Assembly (NCBI GenBank): GCA_963755835.1
Contig: CAVWLC010000005.1
Location: 1,524,910-1,588,909 of the forward strand
Direction: 5' to 3'
Source of the DNA: an uncultured Actinomycetota bacterium
GTDB taxonomy: Bacteria > Actinomycetota > Actinomycetes > Propionibacteriales > Nocardioidaceae
Length of the DNA: 64,000 nucleotides
Shown: positions 28,307 to 43,597 of the stretch, one piece after another
Position numbering within the stretch: position 1 is the stretch's first letter
How the letters are laid out: each line of letters opens with the position of its first letter
Notes under the pieces: generated by a model
Told to the model about the DNA's origin: nothing
The model's input: the letters and a program-made list of their open reading frames with translations, nothing else
Database searches by the model: none
Translations under genes and position numbers: made by a program

Positions 28307-28792
28307 TCAGCCGACCTCCAACGGCGTACCGCACACGTCCTTGGCCTCCTGCTCGACGGCGTTGAACGCCGCATTCGTGGCCTCGCTCCCCAGCCCGGCG
28401 GCGGCCTGGTCGATGGCGTCCTTGTCGGCCTGGCTGAGCCCCGCCGGAGGGTGGTCGCGGTCGTACGTCGCCGGGTCTACCCCGGCGTGAGTCAGCGCGT
28501 CCTGCAGCCCCTCCAGCGCGTCGACGACGGTCTTCCAGTCCTCGTGGATGTCGTCGGGTGAGTCGTCGGCGAGGTCACGGAAGATCGGCAACGCCTTCAG
28601 CAGCGCGTCCGGTGACCCGTCCCCGAGGACCTCGCCGAGCTTCTGCTGGTGGTCCTTGACCGCGTCGCAGTACTTGTCCTGCTGGTCCTTGCAGCCGGTC
28701 ACCGCCAGCGCCATCACCGACACCACGACCAGCGCCCGCGCCGCGTGCCGGACCGGGCGGCGGTGAGCAGGCAACCCCATGGGCCTCAGCAT
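28307..28792 (-). CDS. hypothetical lipoprotein
   Basis: Signal peptide with lipobox LAVTGC, followed by an acidic helical domain. Confidence 0.7.
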   Translation of the reverse strand: MLRPMGLPAHRRPVRHAARALVVVSVMALAVTGCKDQQDKYCDAVKDHQQKLGEVLGDGSPDALLKALPIFRDLADDSPDDIHEDWKTVVDALEGLQDALTHAGVDPATYDRDHPPAGLSQADKDAIDQAAAGLGSEATNAAFNAVEQEAKDVCGTPLEVG

Positions 28793-28846
28793 GACCGACC
28801 ACAGGTTGCCGGCTGACCGCTGACCCGCCCGTACAGAACCGGCGGG

Positions 28847-29670
28847 TCAGCCGCGCAGGGCGTGGAGCTCGCCGTTGAGCCGCAGCGCCTCGTCGCGCAT
28901 CGCCTCGACCGACGGGCCCTTTCGCAGCAGCTCGCGCGACGAGCTCGCGGTGACCGCCCTGACCGAGGAGCCGAAGATCCGCCGCAGATCGGCCACCGTC
29001 CCGCCCTGGGCGCCGAAGCCGGGTGCCAGGATCGGCCCGTTGAAGGCGAAGTCGAGGGCACTCTCGCCGATCGTCGCGCCGACCACCGCTCCGAACGAGC
29101 CGAGGGGCTCCTCCCACGCGTTGAGCTGTCGCAGGTGGTCGAGGATCCGGCCGGCCACGAGCGAACCGTCCTCGGTGCGAGCGTGCTGCACCTCCGGCCC
29201 CTCCTTGTTGGAGGTCAGCGCCAGCACGAACAGCCCGGCGTCGTGCTTGCGAGCCGTGTCGACCATCGGGTCGAGGGAGCCGAACCCGAGGTACGGCGAG
29301 GCGGTGATCGCGTCCGCCGCGAGCGGCGAGCCCGGGTCGAGGTAGGCGTCGGCGTAGGCCTGCGTGGTCGAGCCGATGTCACCGCGCTTCACGTCCAGCA
29401 GCACCAGCGCGCCGGCTGCCCGTGACTCCTCGAGGACACGCTCGAGCACGGCGATCCCGCGGCTGCCGAACCGCTCGTAGAACGCCGACTGCGGCTTCAC
29501 GACGGCGACGTACGGCGCCAGCCCCTCGACCGCCGTCAGCGCGAAGCGCTCCAGCCCCGCCACGTCGTCGTCCAGCCCCCACTCGTGCAGGAGCGCAGCG
29601 TGCGGGTCGATGCCGGCACACAGCGCCCCGCGGTCGTCCAGGGCGGCTGCGAAGCGAGTGCCGAAAGTGG

Positions 29671-29674
<4 letters not shown>
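28847..29674 (-). CDS. pyrF: orotidine-5'-phosphate decarboxylase (type 2)
   Basis: LCAGIDPH...VKPQSAFYE...[12 protein letters not shown]...APGFGAQGG. The ATG overlaps the pyrD stop (ATGA). Confidence 0.93.
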
Positions 29675-30766
<1,092 letters not shown>

Positions 30767-30767
30767 C

Positions 30768-34097
<3,330 letters not shown>

Positions 34098-34098
<1 letters not shown>

Positions 34099-35339
34099 CA
34101 GTCGGTCTCTCCGCTCGGAGGGGCTTCGGTGTCGGTGGCTGAGGTGCGAGGCCGGCGACGGCCGAGCCTCGAAGCCTGCTGCGGGGCTTCGAGGCTCGTC
34201 GCTGGCGCTCCTCGCACCTCAGCCACCGGAGCCATCAGCTCCACGAACCGGTCGAACAGGTACGCCGCGTCGTGCGGCCCGGCGGCCGCCTCGGGGTGGT
34301 ACTGGACCGAGAAGGCCTTGAGGCTTCCGTCCCCGTCCCGCAGCTCCAGCCCCTCGACCACGTCGTCGTTGAGGCAGACGTGGCTGACCGTGGCCACGCC
34401 GTACGGCGTCGGAGTGGGGGCGTCGAGCGGTGCGTCCACCGCGAACCCGTGGTTGTGGGCGGTCACCTCGACCTTGCCGGTGGTGCGGTCCATGACCGGC
34501 TGGTTGATGCCGCGGTGGCCGTACTTCAGCTTGTAGGTGTCGAAGCCCAGGGCCCGGCCGAACAGCTGGTTGCCGAAGCAGATGCCGAAGTAGGGGATCC
34601 CGTCGGCCAGCGCGCCCTGGAGCAGCTCCACCTGCGAGGTCGTGGCAGCCGGGTCGCCGGGGCCGTTGCTGTAGAACAGCCCGTCCGCGCCGACCGCCCG
34701 CACGTCGTCGAGGCCGGCGGTGGCGGGCAGCACGTGCACCTCGATGCCGCGCTCGGCCATCCGGTGTGGGGTCATCGACTTGATGCCCAGGTCGAGCGCG
34801 GCCACGGTGAGCCGCTTCACGCCGATGGCCGGGACGACGTACGTCTCTCCGGTCGACACCTCGCCGGCCAGCTCTGCCCCGGCCATGCCGTCCTGCTGGC
34901 GCACCCGCCCGAGCAGCACGAACGGATCGCCCTCGGTCGAGGAGATACCGACGCGCATGGCGCCGCGCTCGCGCAGGTGCCGGGTGAGCGCCCGGGTGTC
35001 GATGCCCGAGATGCCGACCACGCCCTGCTCGCGCAGCTCGTCGTCCAGGCTGCGGCGGGAGCGCCAGCTGGACGGGACCCGGGCGGGGTCACGGACGACG
35101 TACCCGGCCACCCAGATCTTCCGCGACTCGGGGTCCTCGTCGTTCATGCCGGTGTTGCCGATGTGCGGCGCGGTCATGACCACGACCTGGCGGTGGTAGG
35201 ACGGGTCGGTCAGCGTCTCCTGGTAGCCGGTCATGCCGGTGTTGAAGACCGCCTCGCCGAACGTCTCACCCTCGGCGCCGTACGCCTCGCCGTGGAAGGT
35301 GCGGCCGTCCTCGAGGACCAGGATCGCGGGGGCAGGCAT
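34098..35339 (-). CDS. carA: carbamoyl-phosphate synthase small subunit with a repeat-derived C-terminal extension
   Basis: [16 protein letters not shown]...GICFGNQL...HNHGF. The stop overlaps the carB ATG (ATGA). The last ~45 codons read through the family-A palindrome. Confidence 0.93.
34134..34227. repeat. family-A two-tier palindromic repeat, compact copy, inside the carA coding sequence
   Basis: 18/18 complementary outer arms, 13/13 complementary inner arms, 12-nt bulges on both sides and an 8-nt apex. Confidence 0.9.
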
Positions 35340-35352
35340 CGGCGGGCCCTAC

Positions 35353-35392
35353 TCCTTCTCCGCCTCACGGGACGGTGGTTAAAGGATGTCGG
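35353..35392 (-). promoter_or_regulatory. PyrR-binding RNA element in the carA leader
   Basis: Minus-strand RNA reads CGACAUCCUUUAACCACCGUCCCGUGAGGCGGAGAAGGAG. It has the UCCUUUAA / GUCC-GAGAGGC-like loop / GAGAAGG layout of PyrR binding loops and is near-identical to the copy at 42033-42073. Confidence 0.75.
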
Positions 35393-35464
35393 TCACCCGG
35401 GACCTTACCAGCGGCCCGCCGGCCTCCGAGACCTCGTCTCGCGGCGCGTTCCTGCGGTGGCTCC

Positions 35465-36220
35465 TCAGAGCACGGCGTCCAGGAACGCCTTGGTCTCGGG
35501 GTTCCGCGGCGTCCCGATGATCTCTGCGGGTGGCCCCTCCTCGAGGATCCGGCCCTCGTGGAAGAACGCCATCCGGTCGGCCACCTCGCGCGCGAAGCCC
35601 ATCTCGTGGGTGACCACCAGCATCGTCATGTGCAGCTCGGTGGAGAGCGTCTTCATGACCGAGAGCACCTCGCCGGTGAGCTCGGGGTCGAGCGCGGAGG
35701 TCGGCTCGTCGAAGAGCATCACGTCCGGCTCCATCGCCAGCGCCCGGGCGATCGCCACGCGCTGCTGCTGGCCGCCGGAGAGCCGGATGGGGTGCTCGCC
35801 GGCCTTGTCGGCGAGACCGACCCGGTCGAGGAGCTCCTTGGCCCGCTTGGTGACCTCGGCGGTGCTCTGCCCCGCGCAACGGGGCGCGCACAGGACGTTG
35901 TCGAGCACCGTCATGTTGGGGAAGAGGTTGAACTGCTGGAAGACCATCCCGACGTGCAGCCGGAGCTGGCGGATCTGCTCGCGCTTGCGCCGGGTTCGGT
36001 AACCGCCCTGCAGCCGGATCCCGGAGACCTCGATCGAGCCTTCGGTCGGGTCCTCGATGAAGTTCACACAGCGCAGCACCGTCGACTTGCCGGAGCCGGA
36101 CCGCCCGAAGATCACCACCACCTCCCCGCGCTGGATCTCCATGTCGACGCCGCGCACCACCTCCAGGTGGCCGAAGCTCTTGTGCAGGCCGTCGATGCGG
36201 ACCACCACGTCGGCGCTCAC
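35465..36220 (-). CDS. amino-acid ABC transporter ATP-binding protein
   Basis: [38 protein letters not shown] overlaps the permease stop (GTGA). Confidence 0.93.
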   Translation of the reverse strand: MSADVVVRIDGLHKSFGHLEVVRGVDMEIQRGEVVVIFGRSGSGKSTVLRCVNFIEDPTEGSIEVSGIRLQGGYRTRRKREQIRQLRLHVGMVFQQFNLFPNMTVLDNVLCAPRCAGQSTAEVTKRAKELLDRVGLADKAGEHPIRLSGGQQQRVAIARALAMEPDVMLFDEPTSALDPELTGEVLSVMKTLSTELHMTMLVVTHEMGFAREVADRMAFFHEGRILEEGPPAEIIGTPRNPETKAFLDAVL

Positions 36221-37134
36221 CCGGGCCCGCCCCCACCGTGCGGCTGGCCCTGCTGGCCCGCGGCCTGCATGGCCCGGGCCACGTGCGTGCGGTCGTAGCC
36301 GCGCCCGATCCGCTTCTCGAGCCGGGACTGGAAGAACGTGAACAGCACCGTGAGCCCCCAGTAGACGAGGGCCACGGCGACGTAGGCCTCCAGGTTCTTG
36401 AAGTCGTGCTTCCCGACCAGCTGGGCGCGGCGGAAGATCTCCGCGCTGGCGGCGGTGACGCCCAGGAACGAGACCAGCGCGGTGTCCTTCATCATCGCGA
36501 TGAACTCGTTGCCGGTCGGCGGGATGATCACCCGGAAGGCCTGCGGCAGCACCACCTTGCGCATCTTCTGGCCGTAGGTCATGCCGAGCGCGTCCGCCGC
36601 CTCGCCCTGGCCGCCGGCCACGGACTGGATGCCGGCCCGGAAGATCTCGGTCATGTAGGCGCCGTAGTTCAGCCCGAGCGCGATCGTCCCGGCGGTGGCC
36701 GCGTCGAGGACCAGCGCCTGGTCGAAGCCGTCGGGAAGCCATTGGTACTCGAGCCCGAGGTTGCGGCCCACCGGCGGCAGGGCCAGGTAGAGGAGATACA
36801 TCTGGACGATCAGCGGGGTGCCGCGGAAGAACGAGACGTAGAACCCGGCCACGCCGTACGCCACCGGGTTGCGCGAGAGGCGGGCGAGGGCACCGAGCAG
36901 GGCGAGCACGATGGCCAGCACGATGCCGCTGACGGCGATCACCATCGTGTAGCGCAGCCCGCCCAGGATGTAGCGGAAGTTGTCGCGGATCCACTGGGTG
37001 TCGAACTGGGCCGCGTTGCCGAGGAACGCGAGCACGGCGAACAGCACCACCCAGACGGCCGCGACCTTCAGCCGGAACGGCACGCGGGCGGAGGCGAGCT
37101 GGACCCGCTCCCAGGTGTCACTCACGGATGTCAC
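36217..37134 (-). CDS. amino-acid ABC transporter permease (HisM/GlnP-like)
   Basis: The EAA-type loop [25 protein letters not shown] and multiple TM helices. Confidence 0.9.
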   Translation of the reverse strand: MTSVSDTWERVQLASARVPFRLKVAAVWVVLFAVLAFLGNAAQFDTQWIRDNFRYILGGLRYTMVIAVSGIVLAIVLALLGALARLSRNPVAYGVAGFYVSFFRGTPLIVQMYLLYLALPPVGRNLGLEYQWLPDGFDQALVLDAATAGTIALGLNYGAYMTEIFRAGIQSVAGGQGEAADALGMTYGQKMRKVVLPQAFRVIIPPTGNEFIAMMKDTALVSFLGVTAASAEIFRRAQLVGKHDFKNLEAYVAVALVYWGLTVLFTFFQSRLEKRIGRGYDRTHVARAMQAAGQQGQPHGGGGPG

Positions 37135-37159
37135 TCATGGGGCCTCCATGCCGGCCGCC

Positions 37160-38074
37160 TCACTGCTGGGTGGTCAGGTCCGTGCCGTACCACTTCTCCG
37201 ACAGCGAGGTCAGCGTGCCGTCCGCGTGCATCTCACCGACGATCTTGTCGACCGCCTCGAACAGGCTCTCCGACGACGGGTCGGAGCTCTTGTCGAAACC
37301 GACGGAGAGCGGCTCGTAGAAGACCGGGTCGCCCACGATCTTCACCGGGTTGCCCGCGTCGATGTAGCCCTGCGCGGTCGTCACCGAGGTGATCACGGCG
37401 TCCACGCGGCCGTTGACCAGGTCCTGGAGCGCGGTGGTGTCGGTGTCGTAGCCGGAGACCTCGGCGTCGTCGATGACGAAGTCGAAGGTGTAGCCGTCGA
37501 TGGCCAGCTCCTTGTTGAGGTACTGCTCGTAGGTGCAGCCGCTGCAGACCCCGATCTTCTTGCCGTCCAGGTCGGTGCTGAGGTCGGTGACGTCGTCGTT
37601 GTCCGCCGACACCACGACGACCGCCGGCGTGTAGTTGTAGGGCTGGGTGAAGTCGAGGACCTTCTGCCGGTCGTTGGTCGGCGTCATGGAGCCGACGGTC
37701 GTGTCCCAGCGGCCGTTCCAGCTCCCGGCGGTGATCACGTCCCACGCGGGGGTCTCCCACGCCACGTCGACGCCCAGCCGCTTGGCGATCTCGGTCGCGA
37801 CGTCGATGTCGAAGCCTTCGTACTTCCCGGTCTGCTCGTTCAGCGAGGACTGGGGCGGGTACGCCGGGTCCGTCGACACCGTGAGCTTGCCCGAGTCACA
37901 GACCTTCTTGAGGAGGTCGGTGGTGTCCCCCGCGCACACGCCCTCCCCCGTCGCCGCGGCGGGCTGGTCGCTACTGCCGCTGTCCTTTGCCGAGCTGTCG
38001 CTGTCGCCCCCACAGGCCGAGAGCACCGCGACGAGCAGGGCCACGAGGGCCACGAGGAGAGAACGGATGCGCAT
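37160..38074 (-). CDS. amino-acid ABC transporter substrate-binding lipoprotein
   Basis: Signal peptide with lipobox VLSAC, then a family-3 SBP pattern (GFDIDVATEIAKRLG...). ATG at 38074. Confidence 0.88.
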   Translation of the reverse strand: MRIRSLLVALVALLVAVLSACGGDSDSSAKDSGSSDQPAAATGEGVCAGDTTDLLKKVCDSGKLTVSTDPAYPPQSSLNEQTGKYEGFDIDVATEIAKRLGVDVAWETPAWDVITAGSWNGRWDTTVGSMTPTNDRQKVLDFTQPYNYTPAVVVVSADNDDVTDLSTDLDGKKIGVCSGCTYEQYLNKELAIDGYTFDFVIDDAEVSGYDTDTTALQDLVNGRVDAVITSVTTAQGYIDAGNPVKIVGDPVFYEPLSVGFDKSSDPSSESLFEAVDKIVGEMHADGTLTSLSEKWYGTDLTTQQ

Positions 38075-38124
38075 GCGCGGACTATGCACCCCCCGGGAAG
38101 CGACGTCCAGTACTGAGCCGCGAG

Positions 38125-39147
38125 TCAGTAGGAGGCCGACCCGGACCCGGGCAGCCGCTCGTCGATAGCACGCGCAACCTCCCAGGAGCCGTTGGTGGTG
38201 TTGCCGAGCACCGACCAGGTGATCGCTCCGGCCAGGTGGTGGGACACGAACGACGCACCCGTGTCCGACCCGGTCAGGTAGACGGTCTCGCCCTCGAGCC
38301 AGAAGCCGAGCCCGTACGCGCGCCCCCGGTCGTCGCTGCGGACCCGCCGCATCTCGGCCCAGGTCCCCGGCGTCACGACGAGACCGTCGTCCAGGGCCTG
38401 CCACAGCGCACTCAGGTCGGCCGCGGTGGTGAAGATGCCACCGTCGCCGCCGCCCACGACCGGCAGGTGGAGCACGTTCGTGCGCAGCTCGTCGGCGTGC
38501 CCCTCGGGGTGGAGGTAGCCCAGGGCGGCGTCGCCGGGCAGCGCGTCCGAGCGCAGGTACGCCGTCCGGGTGAGGCCGGCCCGGTCGATGACGTGACGCC
38601 GGACGAGGTCGTGGAACCGAACGCCCGCGGCCCGCTCGGCGAGCAGCGCGAGCACGACGTACCCGCCGTTGCAGTAGGCGAAGTCGGAGCCGGGAGCGAA
38701 CGCCTGCGCGAAGCCGTCGAGCACCGCGAGGTAGGACTCGGCGGTGTCGAGCTGGTGCACCGGCACCGCGACCAGGTGCTGGTCCAGGTCATGCCCCTCG
38801 CTGCTCTCGTCGAGGTAGTCGCCGATCCCGGACCGGTGGGCCAGCAGCTGTTCGACCGTCACCGCGTCGTCGACGAGCGGCAGGTCGTCGCCGAGCAGCT
38901 CGCGGGCGGGCGTCTCGAGAGCCAGCACCCCGTCCTCGACGAGGCGCATGACGGTCAGCGCCGTGAACCCCTTGGCACCGCTGGCAACCGCCACCCGCGT
39001 GTCCTCGGTGAAGGGCACGCGGTGGGCGCGGTCGGCGAGCCCGTAGGTCCGCAGAAGTGGCTCCTCGCCGGGCCGGTCGACCCGCACGACCCCGGAGAAG
39101 TCACTGGCCTCGGCCACCTCGCCCAAGGCGGCCGCGAGATCGGTCAC
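38125..39147 (-). CDS. serine hydrolase (beta-lactamase/DD-peptidase family)
   Basis: S-x-x-K motif ASGAKGFTA and LLAHRSGIGDY. GTG overlaps the pyrC stop (GTGA). Confidence 0.85.
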   Translation of the reverse strand: MTDLAAALGEVAEASDFSGVVRVDRPGEEPLLRTYGLADRAHRVPFTEDTRVAVASGAKGFTALTVMRLVEDGVLALETPARELLGDDLPLVDDAVTVEQLLAHRSGIGDYLDESSEGHDLDQHLVAVPVHQLDTAESYLAVLDGFAQAFAPGSDFAYCNGGYVVLALLAERAAGVRFHDLVRRHVIDRAGLTRTAYLRSDALPGDAALGYLHPEGHADELRTNVLHLPVVGGGDGGIFTTAADLSALWQALDDGLVVTPGTWAEMRRVRSDDRGRAYGLGFWLEGETVYLTGSDTGASFVSHHLAGAITWSVLGNTTNGSWEVARAIDERLPGSGSASY

Positions 39148-40427
39148 TGCAGCTTGGCGTCCAGGACCGTGGCCCGGCCCCGCAGGAACGTCGCCACCAC
39201 CTGGCCCGGCAGCTCCATCCCGGCGTACGGCGTGTTGCGGCTCAGCGACGCCGACTCGCTGGCGTCGACCACCCGGCGTACGGACGGGTCGTAGAGCACC
39301 AGGTTGGCGGGCTGGCCCGCCTCCACGGGGTGACCGTGGTCGTGGACCCGGCCGATCCGGGCCGGCGCGTAGGACATCCGGTCAGCCACGCCCGCCCAGT
39401 CGAGCAGGCCGGAGTCGACCATCGTCTCCTGCACGATCGACAGCGCGGTCTCCAGGCCGAGCATCCCGAACGCCGCGGCGGCCCACTCGCAGTCCTTGTC
39501 CTCGTGCGGGTGCGGCGCGTGGTCCGTGGCCACCACGTCGATCGTCCCGTCCGCCAGCCCCTCGCGGAGCGCCTCGACGTCCGCGGTGGAGCGCAGCGGC
39601 GGGTTCACCTTGTAGAGAGGGTCATAGGTCGCGGCCAGGTCGTCGGTCAGGAGCAGGTGGTGCGGGCAGACCTCGGCGGTGACGTTCCACCCCTTCGACT
39701 TCGCCCAGCGGATGATCTCCACCGAGCCGGCCGTCGACACGTGACAGACGTGCAGCCGGGAGCCGACGTGCGCGGCCAGCAGGCAGTCGCGGGCGATGAT
39801 CGCCTCCTCGGCCACCGCCGGCCAGCCGGCCAGGCCGAGCCGGCCGGAGAGCTCGCCCTCGTTCATCTGGGCGTCCTCGGTCAGCCGCGGCTCCTGTGAG
39901 TGCTGGGCGATCACCCCGTCGAAGGCCTTGACGTACTCCAGCGCCCGGCGCATCAGCACCGCGTCGCTCACGCACCTGCCGTCGTCGGAGAAGACCCGCA
40001 CCTTGGCCGCGGAGTCGGCCATCGCCCCGAGCTCGGCCAGCCGCTCACCGTTGAGGCCCACCGTCACGGCACCGACCGGGCGGACATCGCAGTGGCCGGC
40101 CTCGCGGCCCAGCCGCCAGACCTGCTCCACGACGCCCGCGGTGTCGGCCACGGGCTCGGTGTTGGCCATCGCGTGCACCGCGGTGAAGCCGCCGCGCGCC
40201 GCGGCCGACGTACCGCTCTCGACGGTCTCGGCGTCCTCGCGGCCCGGCTCGCGCAGGTGCGTGTGCAGGTCGACCAGGCCGGGCAGCGCCACCAGCCCCT
40301 CGGCGTCGACGACCTCCGCGCCCTTCGCGCTCAGCCCGGCTCCCACCTCGGCGACGACGCCGTCCTCGAGCAGCAGGTCCGTGGGCGCGCCGCCCAGAAC
40401 GGCTGCGCCCCTGATCAGGTAGCTCAC
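39144..40427 (-). CDS. pyrC: dihydroorotase
   Basis: [33 protein letters not shown]. Confidence 0.95.
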   Translation of the reverse strand: MSYLIRGAAVLGGAPTDLLLEDGVVAEVGAGLSAKGAEVVDAEGLVALPGLVDLHTHLREPGREDAETVESGTSAAARGGFTAVHAMANTEPVADTAGVVEQVWRLGREAGHCDVRPVGAVTVGLNGERLAELGAMADSAAKVRVFSDDGRCVSDAVLMRRALEYVKAFDGVIAQHSQEPRLTEDAQMNEGELSGRLGLAGWPAVAEEAIIARDCLLAAHVGSRLHVCHVSTAGSVEIIRWAKSKGWNVTAEVCPHHLLLTDDLAATYDPLYKVNPPLRSTADVEALREGLADGTIDVVATDHAPHPHEDKDCEWAAAAFGMLGLETALSIVQETMVDSGLLDWAGVADRMSYAPARIGRVHDHGHPVEAGQPANLVLYDPSVRRVVDASESASLSRNTPYAGMELPGQVVATFLRGRATVLDAKLQ

Positions 40428-41437
40428 TCTTCTTCCTCCCGCTCGGGTGGTCCCTGAGGAACCCGCCCTTCTGGCGGAGCCTCGTCGGCCGGCGTCTCGA
40501 AGGGCTCGGACCCGCCCAGCAGCAGGTAGAGCACGGCCATGCGCACGGCGACGCCGTTCGTGACCTGCTCGACGATCACCGAGCGGGCCGAGTCGGCCAC
40601 ATCAGCGGTGATCTCCATGCCGCGGACCATCGGCCCCGGGTGCATGACGATCGTGTGGTCCTGGAGGGTCGCCATCCGGCGGGCGTCGAGGCCGTAGCGG
40701 CGGCTGTACTCGCGCGGGGTCGGGAAGAAGCCGCCGTTCATCCGCTCTCGCTGGACCCGCAGCATCATCACGGCGTCCGCCTTGGGGAGCACCCCGTCGA
40801 GGTCGTACGACGTCTCGACCGGCCACGTCTCGACCCCGACCGGCAGCAGTGTCGGCGGCGCCACGAGCGTCACCTCGACGCCCAGCGTGCGCAGCAGCAG
40901 CGCGTTGGACCGAGCCACCCGGCTGTGCAGGACGTCGCCGACGATCGCGACCCGGCGCCCCTCGAGACCACCCGGCCTCGACTCTCCGAGGTGGCGCCAC
41001 ATCGTGAACGCGTCCAGCAGCGCCTGGGTGGGGTGCTCGTGGGTGCCGTCGCCGGCGTTGACCACGCTGGAGCGGACCCAGCCGGAGTGGGCGAGCCGGT
41101 GCGGGGCACCGCTGGCGCCGTGCCGGACCACCACCGCGTCGGCACCCATCGCCTCCAGGGTGAGCGCGGTGTCCTTGAGGCTCTCGCCCTTGCTGAGGCT
41201 CGAGCCCTTGGCGGCGAAGTTGATGACGTCCGCGCTGAGCCGCTTGGCGGCGGCCTCGAACGAGATCCGGGTGCGGGTGGAGTCCTCGAAGAACAGGTTG
41301 ACCACGGTGCGGCCGCGCAGCGCGGGCAGCTTCTTGATCGGCCGGTCGGCCAGCGACCGCATCTCCTCGGCGGTGTTGAGGACGAGCTCCGCGTCGTCCC
41401 GGGTCAGGTCGGCGGCGCTGAGCAGGTGTCGCTTCAT
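40424..41437 (-). CDS. pyrB: aspartate carbamoyltransferase catalytic subunit
   Basis: [25 protein letters not shown]. Confidence 0.95.
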   Translation of the reverse strand: MKRHLLSAADLTRDDAELVLNTAEEMRSLADRPIKKLPALRGRTVVNLFFEDSTRTRISFEAAAKRLSADVINFAAKGSSLSKGESLKDTALTLEAMGADAVVVRHGASGAPHRLAHSGWVRSSVVNAGDGTHEHPTQALLDAFTMWRHLGESRPGGLEGRRVAIVGDVLHSRVARSNALLLRTLGVEVTLVAPPTLLPVGVETWPVETSYDLDGVLPKADAVMMLRVQRERMNGGFFPTPREYSRRYGLDARRMATLQDHTIVMHPGPMVRGMEITADVADSARSVIVEQVTNGVAVRMAVLYLLLGGSEPFETPADEAPPEGRVPQGPPEREEEE

Positions 41438-42018
41438 TGCTGGGTCTCCTCGATCGTGACCTCGTCGGCGCCGTCGATCTCCGCGACCCGCAGCCGGACC
41501 CGCTCGACCAGGGAGGTCGGAAGGTTCTTGCCGACGAAGTCGGCCCGGATCGGCAGCTCGCGGTGGCCGCGGTCGACGAGCACGGCCAGTCGTACGGCGC
41601 TGGGCCGGCCGACGTCGTTGAGCGCGTCCAGCGCCGACCTGATCGTCCGGCCGCTGAACAGCACGTCGTCGACGAGGACGACGACCTTGCCGTCGACCCC
41701 GCCGGGTGGGATCTCGGTCGGCAGCAGCGCCCGGGCCGGCTTGAGCCGGAGGTCGTCGCGGTACATCGTCACGTCGAGCGAGCCGACCGGGACGTCGTAC
41801 GCCTCGACGGCGGCGATCCGCTCCGCGATCCGGTGCGCCAGGGGTACGCCGCGGCTGGGGATGCCGAGCAGGACGAGATCCATGGCGCCGCGGTTGCGTT
41901 CGAGGATCTCGTGCGAGATGCGGGTCAGGGCCCGCGCGATGTCACGGTCGTCGAGGACCGTCCGTCCCGTCCGGAGTGGGGACTCTCCCTGCTGTGCAGG
42001 CTGGGGCTGAGCACACAT
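41434..42018 (-). CDS. pyrR: bifunctional pyrimidine operon regulator / uracil phosphoribosyltransferase PyrR
   Basis: [13 protein letters not shown]...[18 protein letters not shown]...[20 protein letters not shown]. Confidence 0.95.
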   Translation of the reverse strand: MCAQPQPAQQGESPLRTGRTVLDDRDIARALTRISHEILERNRGAMDLVLLGIPSRGVPLAHRIAERIAAVEAYDVPVGSLDVTMYRDDLRLKPARALLPTEIPPGGVDGKVVVLVDDVLFSGRTIRSALDALNDVGRPSAVRLAVLVDRGHRELPIRADFVGKNLPTSLVERVRLRVAEIDGADEVTIEETQQ

Positions 42019-42032
42019 GTGTGGCCCGTGAC

Positions 42033-42073
42033 CTCCTTCTCCGCCTCACGGGACGGCTCGTTAAAGGATGTCG
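42033..42073 (-). promoter_or_regulatory. PyrR-binding RNA element in the pyrR leader
   Basis: Minus-strand RNA reads CGACAUCCUUUAACGAGCCGUCCCGUGAGGCGGAGAAGGAG, 14 nt upstream of the pyrR ATG. A TATGGT hexamer lies 11 nt upstream of the element. Confidence 0.78.
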
Positions 42074-42150
42074 ATCGGGCGTCACCATACCCCGGCGCAT
42101 CGGTGTCGCAGCATCCCGTGCGCGGGGTGTCCTGGGTCGTGGACGACGGA

Positions 42151-42314
42151 TCAGCCGACGAGGCGGTCGCTGATCGCGCTGGTGGCCAGCACGAGCAGGA
42201 CGATCGCGGCGGCAGCCAGCAGGGCCGCCACGGCGCTGACCTGCGGACGTCCGGCGGCGTCGAGCGAGCTGCGCTTGTGGGCGGGCTTGTGCGCAGTGGG
42301 TACGTCGTGGGCCA
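42151..42314 (-). CDS. small hypothetical membrane protein (54 aa)
   Basis: ATG 7 nt after GGGGAGG, high GC3, and one C-terminal TM helix (VSAVAALLAAAAIVLLVLA). Confidence 0.5.
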
Positions 42315-42435
42315 TGAGGGCCTCCCCAGGGGTCAGGGGGGATCGTTTGGGACCTGACACCAGTGCACCCCCAGAGCCCCGACCGCACCATGGCCCGGAA
42401 TGGCCATCCGGCATGATCAGCTCGGGCTGGCCCGT

Positions 42436-43527
42436 TCAGGTGGCCAGGTGCGGCGCGGCCCGGCCCGCGACCAGGGGCAGGTCGAGGTAGGTCTTGATGC
42501 CCGGCTCGGCGGCCACGACGTACGGGATCGCGTTCACGCAGTGGTTGGCGGTCGAGACGATGCCGGGGTTGCGGACCAGCCCGGCCTCGACGGTCTCGGG
42601 CTGCAGCCCCTTGAAGGTGAGCTTCACGCTCGGGTCGCCGGTGATCTCGACCTCGAACCGCTCGCCCTCCGGGCCGAAGCTCCAGTCCGGGTCGAGGTGC
42701 TCCTCGCCCATCAGCCAGTTCACGGTGGCGGTGACGACCGGTACGCCGTCCACGAGCGCCCGCCAGTGGAACCGTCGGGCCGCGACCAGCCCCGGCTCGA
42801 TCACGCCGATCGGGGAGTCGATCGGAGCGGTGGCCACGGCCACCTCCTGGACCGTCTCGATGTGCGGGTCGGCGGCGAAGCCCAGCTCGGCCACGACCAT
42901 CCGCACCGAGGACCGGAAGCCGCCGCCCAGCAGCGCGGCCATCGGGCTGGCCAGTGCCTCCTCCGGCGTACCGCCGAAAGCCATCACGTGCCGGATCACG
43001 TCCGGCGCGCCGTAGGTCCGGATGTCGGAGAACTCCTCGGCGCGAACGTGCGTGACCCGGGCGCTCACGCCCGACACCATGAGCGGGAACCGCTCGGTGA
43101 TCCCGCCGGGGTGGATGCCGGTGCCGTGCAGCGTGGACCGGCCCTCGACGCAGGCCGCCTCGATCGCCGTGACCTTGGCCGGGTCGGGGTAGATCCAGCC
43201 GACCGGGGTGACCACGTTCTTGCCGGAGCGAAGCAGCGCCACGACCTCGTCGTCGTTCGGCACCAGCGGGCTGTACACCACGCAGTCCGCGTCGAGGGCC
43301 AGGATGTCCTCCTGGCTGCTCGTCGCCACGACCCCGACCGGCCCGGTGCCGAGGAGCTCGCCGACGTCCTTCCCGTCCTTGCCCGCCGAGTGCACCCAGC
43401 ACCCGGCCAGCTCGAGGTCGGGATGGCTCAGCACTCCCTCGATCGCCGCCTTGCCGACCCCGCCGGTGGCCCACTGCACGACTTTGATCGGGGTCTTCGT
43501 TGTCTGCCTGGGCGCCTGCAGCGGCAT
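42436..43527 (-). CDS. NAD(P)-binding dihydrodipicolinate-reductase-like / amine dehydrogenase family protein
   Basis: Rossmann N-terminus IKVVQWATGGVGKAAI. ATG at 43527, 10 nt after GGAGGG. A GTG at 43554 is an alternative start. Confidence 0.75.
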   Translation of the reverse strand: MPLQAPRQTTKTPIKVVQWATGGVGKAAIEGVLSHPDLELAGCWVHSAGKDGKDVGELLGTGPVGVVATSSQEDILALDADCVVYSPLVPNDDEVVALLRSGKNVVTPVGWIYPDPAKVTAIEAACVEGRSTLHGTGIHPGGITERFPLMVSGVSARVTHVRAEEFSDIRTYGAPDVIRHVMAFGGTPEEALASPMAALLGGGFRSSVRMVVAELGFAADPHIETVQEVAVATAPIDSPIGVIEPGLVAARRFHWRALVDGVPVVTATVNWLMGEEHLDPDWSFGPEGERFEVEITGDPSVKLTFKGLQPETVEAGLVRNPGIVSTANHCVNAIPYVVAAEPGIKTYLDLPLVAGRAAPHLAT

Positions 43528-43597
43528 CCTTTGTCGACCCTCCGCACTCGTCACCCCGGCGATTCAGCCAACCGGGTTGACGCGTGTCAAGTGGGAG

